37,528 nt of DNA from Rhodothermia bacterium (GCA_018679295.1 JAHHLP010000450.1:1-37528), one strand, 5' to 3'; shown: positions 26,898 to 36,522, counted from the first letter of the stretch. Program-made: numbers and translations. The notes: generated by a model not told the origin, from the letters alone.

Positions 26898-27641
26898 ATG
26901 ACAGTATCAGGCAAGAACGCACTGGTAACAGGCGGCACACGAGGAATTGGACGAGCCGTTGTGGAGGCCCTCTCGGACGCGGGCGCCAACGTTGCTTTTA
27001 CCTTCCGTTCATCGGCGGATGAAGCGGCCGCTTTGGCGTCAGAGGTCGAAGGCAAAGGCGTCAAAGCCCTCGCAATCCAGGGAGATGCTGCCGACTTCGA
27101 GGCAGCGGGAAAGACCATCGACCAGGTGGTGTCCGAGTGGGGTTCTATCGACATTCTGGTCAACAACGCCGGAATTACGAAAGACGGGCTGCTCCTGAGA
27201 TTGAAGGAGGAAGATTGGGATGCCGTTATCGGCACGAACCTGAAAAGCGTTTTCAACTACTGCAAGTCCGCGTATCGGCAGATGATGAAGCAGCGCTCCG
27301 GAAAGATCATCAATATGGCCTCCATCGTGGGCGTATCCGGAAATGCCGGACAAACGAACTACGCCGCATCCAAGGCCGGCATCATCGGATTCTCGAAGAG
27401 TCTCGCCAAGGAGTTGGGCAGTCGCGGGATTAACGTCAACGTCGTGGCGCCCGGCTATGTAGAGACCGACATGACCGGCGCCCTTTCGGACGAGGCACGG
27501 GAGGCGATGCTCGGCAGCGTCGTACTCGGCCGCCCGGCTACTCCTCAGGACGTTGCAAATGCGGTCCTATTCCTCGCCTCCGACGCGGCCGGCTACATTA
27601 CCGGGCATGTCCTTCACGTCGATGGCGGACTTGCGATGTAG
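26898..27641 (+). CDS. fabG: 3-oxoacyl-ACP reductase (SDR family)
   Basis: ALVTGGTRGIGRA, LVNNAGIT.D, catalytic NYAASKAG..GF.KSLA.E, INVN.VAPG..ETDM, and G..LHV.GG..M. It sits in the fab operon. Confidence 0.9.
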   Translation: MTVSGKNALVTGGTRGIGRAVVEALSDAGANVAFTFRSSADEAAALASEVEGKGVKALAIQGDAADFEAAGKTIDQVVSEWGSIDILVNNAGITKDGLLLRLKEEDWDAVIGTNLKSVFNYCKSAYRQMMKQRSGKIINMASIVGVSGNAGQTNYAASKAGIIGFSKSLAKELGSRGINVNVVAPGYVETDMTGALSDEAREAMLGSVVLGRPATPQDVANAVLFLASDAAGYITGHVLHVDGGLAM

Positions 27642-27855
27642 ACGCCGGCTGGGCCTGTGAACATGGTTCCTGCAGGGGCTCAGTTCTTGCCATGAGGCAG
27701 TCTGTTCAGACGGTCCCGCCCATCCCCTGTTCGGACGGTGAGGGCAGAACGCCTTCCGGTCGGCAGCGCCGGGGAACACGTCAGCCGACAAACGTAACAC
27801 GACCTCCCACGAATCAAGATCATCCGTTCGTCATTTCGGCGGGCGTTTTTGCGGT

Positions 27856-28578
27856 ATGCATTTCTTCAAGACTTTTGTTGCCGCCGTGTGTCTTGTACTG
27901 CCGGTCGCACTACCCGCGTCCGGTCAAGACAAGCCCTCGGAGTCCATTGCTAGCGCCTCCTACGGAAGCGGTTACGCGGGAGTCTACCCAGACATTCTCG
28001 AGGGGCGAGTTACCGCGAGCGGTGCGTTGTACGCGCCCGATCGCCTCGTCGCTGCCCACCGAACGCTCCCGATTGGCAGCTACGTGCGCGTCGTCAATCT
28101 CGATAACGGGCGTCACATTGATGTCCACATCATCGACCGGGGTCCATTCTCCGGAGACCGCATCATGGACCTTTCCGAGCGAGCCGCCAGGGCAATTGGA
28201 ATGGACTCGGGCGACGAGAAATTGGTGCGAGTCGTGCACCCGTCCTCCGCGCCTGGATCCGTTCCCGAAAGTACTGCTGGAAGGTCACCGGGCGCGAGTG
28301 ATGAAGCGGCGTCGATTCGGGTCGCCGAGTACGGCGCCAAGACCTGGACCGGCAACACGGGATTTACCATACAGCTCGGATCCTTCTCGACGCTTGACGG
28401 TGCGGAGACTGTCAAGCTCAAGGTAGACGGCTCCTGGATCCACGAGGTAGAGGTCGACGGACAGACCTTCTTTCGACTCAACTACGGGCGTTACGACTCG
28501 CGAGAGAAAGCGGCTCGTGATATCGCGAATTTGGAGTCGGAGGGGTTCTTTGGATTCGTGAAATCGGTAGCGGGTTGA
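27856..28578 (+). CDS. rlpA: Septal-ring lytic transglycosylase RlpA-family protein (DPBB domain) with C-terminal SPOR domain
   Basis: Signal peptide MHFFKTFVAAVCLVLPVALPASG. DPBB segment G.ASYY-like YGSGYAG..GRVTASGALY....LVAAHRTLPIGSYVRVVNLDNGR.IDV.IIDRGPF...RI.DLS..AA. SPOR-like segment FTIQLGSFS......FRLNYGRYDSREKAARDIANLES. Confidence 0.8.
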   Translation: MHFFKTFVAAVCLVLPVALPASGQDKPSESIASASYGSGYAGVYPDILEGRVTASGALYAPDRLVAAHRTLPIGSYVRVVNLDNGRHIDVHIIDRGPFSGDRIMDLSERAARAIGMDSGDEKLVRVVHPSSAPGSVPESTAGRSPGASDEAASIRVAEYGAKTWTGNTGFTIQLGSFSTLDGAETVKLKVDGSWIHEVEVDGQTFFRLNYGRYDSREKAARDIANLESEGFFGFVKSVAG

Positions 28579-28776
28579 TGCGGTGGGACCGCGCTTGAGC
28601 AGTCAGTCTGCGCTGAACGCTCACGACCCTATTTTTTGAAGTGCCGTCGAAGTATCTGAGGAATCCCACGGGATATGAGCCGGTAAGGCGATGCAGCCCC
28701 GCAAACCAGTTGCGCGACCGGATCGCAAGGGGTAACCTCGACTCGAATTACTGTAATCATTCTCGATTCGCCCCTC

Positions 28777-30423
28777 ATGAACAGGATAATCTCGGCCGCT
28801 GCGGCAGGCCTACTCATTCTTTCCGGTTGTAACAAGCCCATGGATGCTGATTCGTATGTCGGAAGCCAGCCCTCCGACCTGCTCGACAAGTATACCGAGT
28901 TCACCCTTACTGCTGACCTGAGTCATCTGTCGGATAACCAGCGCGCGATGATTCCGTTGCTCATCGAGGCCTCGGATGCGATGGACGAGATGTTTTGGCT
29001 GCAGGCCTATGGTGACAAGGAAGAGCTGCTCTCCTCTATCTCTGATCCTGCGCTGCGACAGTTCGCCGAAATCAATTACGGACCATGGGACCGCTTGGAC
29101 GGAAACGCACCGTTCATCGAGGGAGTCGGGCCCAGGCCGGCTGGCGCCAACTTATACCCGACCGATATGACCGCTGAGGAGTTTGAAGCGGCGGTTGTCG
29201 AAAACGAAGACTTAAAATCGCTGTACACGATCGTTCGTCGCGACGAGAGCGGGGCCCTTGTCGCGATTCCGTACAGCGAAGCCTACGGTGAGTTGCTGTC
29301 GGCCGCGGCAGCCAAGCTTCGTGAGGCGGCCGAACTCGCCGAGGACGACGGTTTTCGAACATACCTCGAGCTCCGCGCTGACGCCTTCGAGTCGAACGAA
29401 TATCAGCCAAGCGACCTCGCGTGGATGGACATGAAGACCAACCCGATCGACGTCGTGATCGGTCCGATCGAGGTCTACGAGGATGAGCTGTTCAACTACA
29501 AGGCTGCCGCCGAGTCATACGTTCTGATCAAGGACCTGGAGTGGAGCGAGCGGCTTGCGAAATATGCAGCGTTCCTCCCCGCACTGCAGGAAGGTCTGCC
29601 GGTGCCTGACGAATACAAGATGGAGTCCCCTGGCTCGAACTCCGACCTCAACGCATATGACGCCGTCTACTACGCGGGCGACTCGAACGCAGGCTCGAAG
29701 ACCATTGCGATTAACCTCCCTAACGACGAGGAGGTGCAACTTTCGAAGGGCACGCGACGGCTTCAGTTGAAAAATGCGATGCGGGCGAAGTTCGACAAAA
29801 TTCTCGTTCCAATCTCGAAGGAGCTGATTGCAAGGGATCTCCGGAAGCACATCACGTTCGATGCCTTCTTTGCCAATACCATGTTTCACGAGGTGGCGCA
29901 TGGGCTCGGTATCAAGAACACGATAAATGATCAGGGCACGGTGCGGGAGGCGCTGCGCGAGCAGTACTCGGCACTCGAGGAGGGCAAGGCCGACATACTC
30001 GGTCTGTACATGGTCACCGAGCTGCACAAACAAGGTGAGCTTGGCGACGCCGATCTGATGGACAACTACGTGACGTTCCTTGCGGGCATTTTCAGGTCGG
30101 TTCGATTCGGAGCGTCGAGCGCGCACGGCAAGGCGAACATGATCCGCTTCAACTTCTTCGAGGAGATGGGCGCGTTCTCGCGCGACGAGGAGACGGGCAC
30201 GTACAGCATCGACTTCGAGAAGATGCAGGATGCCGTGGACGCTCTGACCGAGCGGATTCTTCGCTACCAGGGCGACGGTGATTATGCTGGTGCGAGTGCG
30301 TTCGTGGCGGAGTACGGCGTAGTTGGTGACCAGCTGCAGGCGGATCTGGATCGACTTTCTGAGGCCGGCATACCGGTCGACGTCGTGTTCAACCAGGGTA
30401 TAGACGCGCTGGGCCTACGGTAG
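28777..30423 (+). CDS. Zn-metallopeptidase lipoprotein, M49 (dipeptidyl-peptidase III)-like with pentapeptide HEXXH motif
   Basis: Lipobox LLILSGC. Zinc motif FHEVAHGLG and a second motif EEGKADILG about 45 aa downstream, in the same arrangement as M49 HEXXGH...EEXRAE. The family call was made by eye and needs an HMM. Confidence 0.6.
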   Translation: MNRIISAAAAGLLILSGCNKPMDADSYVGSQPSDLLDKYTEFTLTADLSHLSDNQRAMIPLLIEASDAMDEMFWLQAYGDKEELLSSISDPALRQFAEINYGPWDRLDGNAPFIEGVGPRPAGANLYPTDMTAEEFEAAVVENEDLKSLYTIVRRDESGALVAIPYSEAYGELLSAAAAKLREAAELAEDDGFRTYLELRADAFESNEYQPSDLAWMDMKTNPIDVVIGPIEVYEDELFNYKAAAESYVLIKDLEWSERLAKYAAFLPALQEGLPVPDEYKMESPGSNSDLNAYDAVYYAGDSNAGSKTIAINLPNDEEVQLSKGTRRLQLKNAMRAKFDKILVPISKELIARDLRKHITFDAFFANTMFHEVAHGLGIKNTINDQGTVREALREQYSALEEGKADILGLYMVTELHKQGELGDADLMDNYVTFLAGIFRSVRFGASSAHGKANMIRFNFFEEMGAFSRDEETGTYSIDFEKMQDAVDALTERILRYQGDGDYAGASAFVAEYGVVGDQLQADLDRLSEAGIPVDVVFNQGIDALGLR

Positions 30424-30425
30424 CG

Positions 30426-31091
30426 ATGGGTCATGCGCCAGCAGATGAATCCGCCGGTGTTCCGATTCGGCGGCTTACGCCAAAGGCGGTCAGGCGTGGC
30501 GTAGAGATCCTGTGTGAGCGGGACGCGGGGCTTGCGGGCATCGTGGAGCGCCAGGGCGTACCGCCCGTTCGATTGCGGAAGGCCGGGTTCGCAACGCTTG
30601 CTCAAATTATAGTCGAGCAGCAGGTGACGTTGGCTTCCGGCCGTGCGATCTGGGCGCGGTTGGAAGGCGGATTGGATACTGTCACGCCGGAAACGGTTTT
30701 CGCCCGGACTGTGGACGACCTCAGGTCCATGGGGCTCTCCATCCAGAAAGCTACCTACATCCACGGGATTGCTGCCGCAGCGCTGGACGGTGAGCTCAAC
30801 TTCCGGCGTGTGCACCGTGCGGACGACGAGGGAGCGCGCGAGCAGTTGATCCGGATGAAAGGCGTCGGCCGTTGGACCGCCGATATCTACCTCCTGACGG
30901 CGATGGGGCGGCCCGACGTGTGGCCGCGTGGAGATCTGGCGTTGGATACGGCGCTGATGTGGCTCAAGCGACTGAGGAAGAAACCCCGGCCTGAGCGGAT
31001 CGATAAGCTGACCGGTCCGTGGTCACCATGGCGCTCGGTGGCCGCGCGGATCCTGTGGCTGGGCTATGTCCATGAGGTAAAGGGCGGATGA
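30426..31091 (+). CDS. DNA-3-methyladenine glycosylase II (AlkA-like, HhH-GPD superfamily)
   Basis: HhH-GPD signature LIRMKGVGRWTADIYLL.AMGRPDVWP.GDLAL, including the catalytic Asp context. It starts 2 nt after the upstream stop. Confidence 0.8.
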   Translation: MGHAPADESAGVPIRRLTPKAVRRGVEILCERDAGLAGIVERQGVPPVRLRKAGFATLAQIIVEQQVTLASGRAIWARLEGGLDTVTPETVFARTVDDLRSMGLSIQKATYIHGIAAAALDGELNFRRVHRADDEGAREQLIRMKGVGRWTADIYLLTAMGRPDVWPRGDLALDTALMWLKRLRKKPRPERIDKLTGPWSPWRSVAARILWLGYVHEVKGG

Positions 31092-32050
31092 GCCTGACAT
31101 TTCGGTCATTCGACGATGCTGCGTCCTATGCGGAGCGTGTGCTACCGTTCTTGCTTGCCGCAGAAGCCGAGAACAACGTGCTGTTGGGGATCCTCGTCCG
31201 GCTCGTAAGTGGAGATCACGATTATCGGGAGCCGATGCTGCTGGGTGTGGTGGAGCGGATCGAGTCTGGGTCGTCGGGCGATCGCCTTGCAGCGTCGACA
31301 GCCGCCGACGGGTCTGTGCCTGGCGCAAGTGCGGAAGACACCGGACGGCAAGGTGCCGCCGTGGTCGGTTGCATCTGGCGGACGCCTCCATACAAGCTCG
31401 GCATGACGGCGATGCCCGGCGACGCGGCGATCGTGGCTGCGAAAGCCATAGCGCCGCTCATTCCTGAACTCGACATGGCGTTTGGGCCGACCGATACCGT
31501 TCGGCAGTTTGCTAAAGCATGGTCGAAGTTGACCCGCGGGGGGTACAGCGAGGGAATGCGGCAAGGTGTCTATCGTCTCGATGAGGTGAATCCGCTGCCG
31601 AACAAGGTGCAAGGACAGATGGTGGAGGCCGTCGACGCCGATCTTCAACTCATCATTCACTGGGGTATCGGCTTTCGCCGCGACAGTCACGTGCAGGCCG
31701 GGGATCCCGAGGTGCTCGGCCGCCGCCTGATTCGCGAGGGAGCGATGTATCTGTGGATCGACGATGGAGAACCCAGATCGATGGCCGCCGCGGTGGCGTT
31801 CACTGAGAATGGTGCGCGCGTAGGGTGGGTGTACACGCCACGGGAGGAGCGTGGTCGTGGGTACGCGACCGGGCTTGTTGCGGACCTCAGTCAATTGTTG
31901 CTCGACGGAGGCAAACGCTTCTGCTTTCTGTACGCCGATCTCGCCAACCCGACATCGACTGGCATCTACGAACGACTCGGCTACCGCAAGGTGGTCGAAG
32001 CGATGGACGTTATATTTGACGTCGAGGCCGACGAGAGATCGACCACTTGA
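31088..32050 (+). CDS. GNAT-family N-acetyltransferase (two-domain, 320 aa)
   Basis: C-terminal acetyl-CoA-binding-like segment V.T..EERGRGYATGLVADLSQ.LL..GKRFCFLYADLANPTSTGIYERLGYRKV. Its ATG overlaps the AlkA-like stop (ATGA). Confidence 0.7.
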   Translation: MSLTFRSFDDAASYAERVLPFLLAAEAENNVLLGILVRLVSGDHDYREPMLLGVVERIESGSSGDRLAASTAADGSVPGASAEDTGRQGAAVVGCIWRTPPYKLGMTAMPGDAAIVAAKAIAPLIPELDMAFGPTDTVRQFAKAWSKLTRGGYSEGMRQGVYRLDEVNPLPNKVQGQMVEAVDADLQLIIHWGIGFRRDSHVQAGDPEVLGRRLIREGAMYLWIDDGEPRSMAAAVAFTENGARVGWVYTPREERGRGYATGLVADLSQLLLDGGKRFCFLYADLANPTSTGIYERLGYRKVVEAMDVIFDVEADERSTT

Positions 32051-32119
32051 TCATCGCACGTTGTCTGACTCCGGGAAATCCGTTCGTCGCCTGAATCCAC
32101 GGGACACTAAGACCGCCGG

Positions 32120-32545
32120 ATGAAACACAGCGACCTCTCATATCCGGTGATTTGTCTTGGCCAGGACGGATCTATCGTGCCGCACCAGTCGGCCGAGGAA
32201 TTTGGGAAATGCAATGCCTTGGCCCTGTGGGTGACCCGTTACTTCGCCGATCTGACGGTCATAGACAGTGCGGCTGTCTTGTGGCGGGTTGAATCAGCGA
32301 TACCGAAGCAGGAGAAGTCGGGAATTTATCGATGGTTATCTCGGCTAACGAACCGCACGATTCGTGTCGACATTGAGGTGTGGAGGCTTGACCAAGAAGC
32401 CGGGATGGCGGTTGTCAAACGACTGTTGGTTTCGTGGCTAGATCGGATGCCCGAATTCTGGGAGGCGTCGGCCGATCTCGACGAGTGGCGGTCGAGGGTT
32501 GAGTCGTGCCGGACGGTGGAGGAGCTGGCGATACTTTTGGAGTAG
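32120..32545 (+). CDS. Hypothetical protein (141 aa, soluble)
   Basis: Open frame with an ATG start and no competing gene. No recognisable motif. Confidence 0.4.
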   Translation: MKHSDLSYPVICLGQDGSIVPHQSAEEFGKCNALALWVTRYFADLTVIDSAAVLWRVESAIPKQEKSGIYRWLSRLTNRTIRVDIEVWRLDQEAGMAVVKRLLVSWLDRMPEFWEASADLDEWRSRVESCRTVEELAILLE

Positions 32546-32855
32546 GCGTCGGTGGCGGGTCGACAAATGGCACGGCGAGTTGTGGCGTGATCGCGACATG
32601 ACGCCACCGATGCCAGGGGCGTAACAGGACGATTCGAAAAAGGCATCGCAGTATCGCAGGCCCCAAAACAGATTCACGACTTAGAAGTCACGTCAACATA
32701 AAGACAGGTAAATTATTATCATGATTGAGTGTTCGTGTGGCTTTCTGCGGCTGCAATAAGGCCCGCCTTGTGACTAAGGTGGGGCGGACGACCAAGCGAA
32801 CGAGAATTCGTCGCGCGATTACATGCGACAAAAGAAAACAACTGTGGGACAAGGC

Positions 32856-33212
32856 ATGGCTCATTACGTTGATGGATTCGTTGTTCCCATTCCGCGCGCT
32901 CGCCTGGACGAGTACAAGCGTGTTGTGGGAGCGGTGGCCGAGATTTGGAAGGAGCACGGCGCACTCGACTACCGGGAATACGTCGGTGACGATCTGTACC
33001 TGGAGGGAACGCGCTCGTTCACGGATCTCATTGCTGCGACGGACGATGAGGTTGTCGTTTTCGGCTGGGTGTCGTTCGACTCTCGCGCGGCACGTGATCT
33101 CGCAAACGAGAAGGTCGCGGTTGATCCAAGAATGGCGGACCTCGTTGATTCATCGAATTCCGGCTTTGATGCTAAACGGATGGCGTACGGTGGCTTCCAG
33201 TCGCTCGTTTGA
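32856..33212 (+). CDS. DUF1428-family protein
   Basis: Starting at ATG 32856, the sequence MAHYVDGFVVPIPRARLDEYK......W.EHGAL.Y.E..GDDL...........VVFGW..F.SRA.RD..N.KV..DPRM matches my memory of DUF1428 (YbaA-like) proteins of ~118 aa. Confidence 0.75.
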   Translation: MAHYVDGFVVPIPRARLDEYKRVVGAVAEIWKEHGALDYREYVGDDLYLEGTRSFTDLIAATDDEVVVFGWVSFDSRAARDLANEKVAVDPRMADLVDSSNSGFDAKRMAYGGFQSLV

Positions 33213-33485
33213 TCGTTGCTGTCTAGCCGGACACGTCGACACGCTCCCCGAATGCTCCGGCGTCCAGGCCGAATCGTCCGCATGCTACAAGCGTAGGCGG
33301 GGCGCAAGACTTCGAGAACAGTTGCAGCTCTTTGTTAGGAATCTCGGTAACCCAGCCAATCCCTTTCGATCGGCAACGACACTTTCCTTTATGCTTAAGG
33401 CTGGGCGGTTCGACGGCGCAGACGACAAAGATGCTCCTGGTCAAATAGCCGATATGAGGGTTGCCTCGTAGACGAAAGTGATAGC

Positions 33486-34046
33486 ATGCCACAGTACGTC
33501 GCTCTTCTTCGCGGTATCAACGTCGGGGGACATCGAGTGAGGATGGAGCGACTACGAGAGCTTTTCGAGGAAGCTGGCCTCAAGGACGTTTCCACGCACA
33601 TTGCAAGTGGCAACGTGATCTTCACGTCGAGGTCCACGAGCATCAACAGCTTGACCAGCAAGATTGAAAGGCATCTTGCTCGTTCCTTGGGATACGATGT
33701 GCCCACCTTCCTTCGCACACCTCCCGAACTGGAAGCCGTAACAACGTTCCCGCTGCCCGTTGCTCCAGGATCACCGTCGTCAACGTTCTCACAGTATGTG
33801 ATATTCCTTCGCTCTCCGGCAAGCAAGGAATTGCAGGACACTTTCGCCGGTCTCCACTCTGAGATGGATACGTTTCTCTTTTCGGAGCGGGAGATATACT
33901 GGCTGATTCGCGGAAAGCTGAGCCAATCTCCTCTGTTCCGTTCAGGTTTTGAAAAGGCAATACGAGGAATACCGAATACGACGCGCAACATGAACATGCT
34001 GCGCCGGCTCGTGGCCAGACTAATGGATGAGTCGAGCCCCTCCTAA
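33486..34046 (+). CDS. DUF1697-family protein
   Basis: The N-terminus YVALLRGINVGGHRVRMERLRELFEEAGLKDVSTHIASGNVIF is the hallmark of DUF1697. The length of 186 aa is typical. Confidence 0.85.
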   Translation: MPQYVALLRGINVGGHRVRMERLRELFEEAGLKDVSTHIASGNVIFTSRSTSINSLTSKIERHLARSLGYDVPTFLRTPPELEAVTTFPLPVAPGSPSSTFSQYVIFLRSPASKELQDTFAGLHSEMDTFLFSEREIYWLIRGKLSQSPLFRSGFEKAIRGIPNTTRNMNMLRRLVARLMDESSPS

Positions 34047-34184
34047 CAACCGACATGGGAATTACCGTTGCGGACACAGACGGCTGGTTCGATCCATTCC
34101 GACCTACTTGCCCGGAACGTTGGTCCGCCATTAACGTTTTCTCGCGTCAACCGATTCCGCCGTCGTTGCCGAACGTCCGCGTCC

Positions 34185-35066
34185 ATGGCAGAGCGTACCT
34201 TTAGCGAAGATCAAATCCAGGCGCTTCTGAAAAGAGCGACGGAGCTGCACCTAACAGACGAGGTCGACAAGCCGGGCTTGACGCTACGCGACCTCGAGCA
34301 TATCGCTGCGGACGCGGGCATTCCACCTAAGTACCTGCGGGCGGCGCTGCACGAAGCCGACCACCAGGTCTCCACTCGCGATATTGTGGGCCAGACCAAG
34401 ACGCACGTGTTCGTCGAGCGGACCGTTCCCGGCGAACTCTCGGATTCGGAATGGGAGTCTGTGGTCTATCGATTGCGAAAGGCCTACACGAATGACCTCG
34501 CCGAAGCCTATGGGGCAACAGGACAGCACGGCCGCGGAGTTTCTGAAGAACTGGGCAAGACTCGTGAGTGGCGCCACGCGTCGGCTCTCGGCGTCGTGAC
34601 GACTCTCACGATTCGATCGGCGGAAGGAAATCAGCACATCGCGTTTCAACGCCGGGTAGGACTTGCAAGCCCTCGGGTTGAAGGATTTGCCTACGGGCTG
34701 TTCGTCGCGCTCTTGGTGGGGCTCGTAGCGACCGCGATTGCGAAGAGCGTTCTCGTATTCGTTCTCGCGTTTGTGGCGGCACTCGCTTTTGCCGCTCCAG
34801 GTATTGAGTTTCTTGACCGGCGGTGGCGCGCCAAGACGCTCCGCGAAATGACATCCGTCGCAGACGATATTCAGCGCCTCATCCGAAACGAGCCCGAACC
34901 GGATTCCGAGCAGGCACCGGACCATGTTGCTAAAACGAGTGAACGGGACATTCTTCCCACTGGAGCAACAGCTAGCAATGCCGGGGATCATCTCCTGGAA
35001 TTGGAACCGCCGTCAGCGGAGATTGCCGAAACGAAGAGACGGAATAAAGTTAAGGGTCGGCTGTAG
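34185..35066 (+). CDS. Hypothetical membrane protein (soluble N-domain, 2 TM helices, disordered C-tail)
   Basis: ATG at 34185 (the ORF track starts at 34068). The hydrophobic pair FAYGLFVALLVGLVATAIA / VLVFVLAFVAALAFAAPGI is followed by a charged tail. No family recognised. Confidence 0.5.
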   Translation: MAERTFSEDQIQALLKRATELHLTDEVDKPGLTLRDLEHIAADAGIPPKYLRAALHEADHQVSTRDIVGQTKTHVFVERTVPGELSDSEWESVVYRLRKAYTNDLAEAYGATGQHGRGVSEELGKTREWRHASALGVVTTLTIRSAEGNQHIAFQRRVGLASPRVEGFAYGLFVALLVGLVATAIAKSVLVFVLAFVAALAFAAPGIEFLDRRWRAKTLREMTSVADDIQRLIRNEPEPDSEQAPDHVAKTSERDILPTGATASNAGDHLLELEPPSAEIAETKRRNKVKGRL

Positions 35067-35090
35067 AAAAGGGGACGAAGAGATCTTGTT

Positions 35091-35246
35091 ATGAAAAGCA
35101 TCGCGATCGCCCTCGTCACAATATTAGGCTGCATCGCGATCGGGTCGGCGTTCGGAAACCCTCGCGGGGGATTCATCGCGGGTGTCATCTTGGCCATCAC
35201 ACTGGCGAGTAGATACGGAGCGGTCACCCCGACCGGGCCCGACTAA
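35091..35246 (+). CDS. Possible small membrane protein (51 aa), below the ORF-track size cutoff
   Basis: Hand translation gives MKSIAIALVTILGCIAIGSAFGNPRGGFIAGVILAITLASRYGAVTPTGPD, with two hydrophobic segments. The purine-rich AAAAGGGGACGAAG lies upstream. Confidence 0.3.
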   Translation: MKSIAIALVTILGCIAIGSAFGNPRGGFIAGVILAITLASRYGAVTPTGPD

Positions 35247-35317
35247 CAAGGCTGGCACGCGCACCGCGATCCCATCGCCGGCTTTCGTTGAATCACCACA
35301 GCTATCTGAAATGTAGT

Positions 35318-35755
35318 ATGGACACTTTTCAGTTTATCAGGAACGGCGAAGGAAGGAGCTACGACTACTCCCAGGACCACTGTTTCGTCAAGCTATCGTC
35401 CCGCGAGACAAATGGAGAGCTGGTTATCGTCGAGGACACGTTAAAACCGGGTTTCTTTCTGGGTCGGCACTATCACAAGATCATGACCGAGGTATTCTAC
35501 ATCCTGGAAGGCGAGGTCGAGTTTGTTTTTGACGATGAGACGGTGTTGGCCAAAGCGGGTGACACGGTCACCGTCCCGCCACTAGTGTGGCACGCAGCGC
35601 GATCCGACCGCGGGGGCAAGATGCTGACGATCTTCAAGCAAGCGCGTTTCGATGTGTATCTGGAGCGTTTGTCTCAGATGACGGATGAGCAGTTTCAGGA
35701 TGCATCGCTAATGGGATCACTGGCTGAGAAGTTCGATATTTATGAAGCAGGTTGA
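35318..35755 (+). CDS. Cupin-domain protein
   Basis: ATG at 35318. Cupin motifs G..LGRHYH....EVFYILEGEVEF and GD.V.VPP...H. Confidence 0.75.
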   Translation: MDTFQFIRNGEGRSYDYSQDHCFVKLSSRETNGELVIVEDTLKPGFFLGRHYHKIMTEVFYILEGEVEFVFDDETVLAKAGDTVTVPPLVWHAARSDRGGKMLTIFKQARFDVYLERLSQMTDEQFQDASLMGSLAEKFDIYEAG

Positions 35756-35829
35756 GCATATCCCTGCCGCGATGCCCGACTTTAGAACACGCATGAATTC
35801 GTTGCACCGCGATCAGAAACCTTTCATCG

Positions 35830-36462
35830 ATGGATAGCGCTGCCCAACCGGTTCGGCGGCTCGATCACTATGAAGTTCCGCAAGTAGTAGACGTTCTATT
35901 CGAGTCCTTCTACGACTATCCCGTAATGCGTTACGTCGTAGGTCACGACTCGGTGGCCTACGATGCGCATCTCCGCGCGCTGATCAATTTCTTCGTGATG
36001 GCAAGGGTACTGCGCAGCGATCCGCTTCTCGGGATTGGGGAATCACATCTTACGGCTGCAGCTATAGTCTCCAATCCGACCCGCTCGGCAAACCCTCGAG
36101 AACTCGAGGAGCAACGTGAGCGACTTTGGAACGCGCTCGGCGCATCTGCACGAACTCGGTACGAGTCGTTTGGAAAGGCGTGCGCTCCCTTTCAGATGGA
36201 TACCCCTCACCTGCATGTGAGCATGATCGGTGTTCGAAGCGCAACTCAGGGTCGTGGATATGGCCGTCGACTGATGGACGCCATCCATGAGTTGTCCGCC
36301 GACGAGTCCGAATCCGTTGGAGTAACGCTGACCACGGAGGTCGAAGCCAATGTCGCCTTCTACAAACACCTGGGCTATCAGGTCGTCGGTGCGGCCTCCG
36401 TGGCACCCGGACTCAGAACGTGGGGTTTCTTCAGGCCCAATGACGACTACTCATCGATGTGA
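35830..36462 (+). CDS. GNAT-family N-acetyltransferase
   Basis: IGVRSATQGRGYGRRLMDAI.......SVGVTLTTE.EANVAFYKHLGYQVVG is a typical GNAT motif A/B region. Confidence 0.75.
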   Translation: MDSAAQPVRRLDHYEVPQVVDVLFESFYDYPVMRYVVGHDSVAYDAHLRALINFFVMARVLRSDPLLGIGESHLTAAAIVSNPTRSANPRELEEQRERLWNALGASARTRYESFGKACAPFQMDTPHLHVSMIGVRSATQGRGYGRRLMDAIHELSADESESVGVTLTTEVEANVAFYKHLGYQVVGAASVAPGLRTWGFFRPNDDYSSM

Positions 36463-36522
36463 CGATGCAGCCTAACTCGGCGCGTTCGAGCATCAATCAG
36501 TTTAATAGCAATCCATGGGCCA

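Noticed and set aside
32725-33471. 248-aa plus-strand ORF spanning the DUF1428 gene and the following spacer.
   Set aside because: It is out of frame with the clearly recognisable DUF1428 CDS (32856-33212) and has an Arg/Ser/Thr-rich composition, so it is a shadow ORF.
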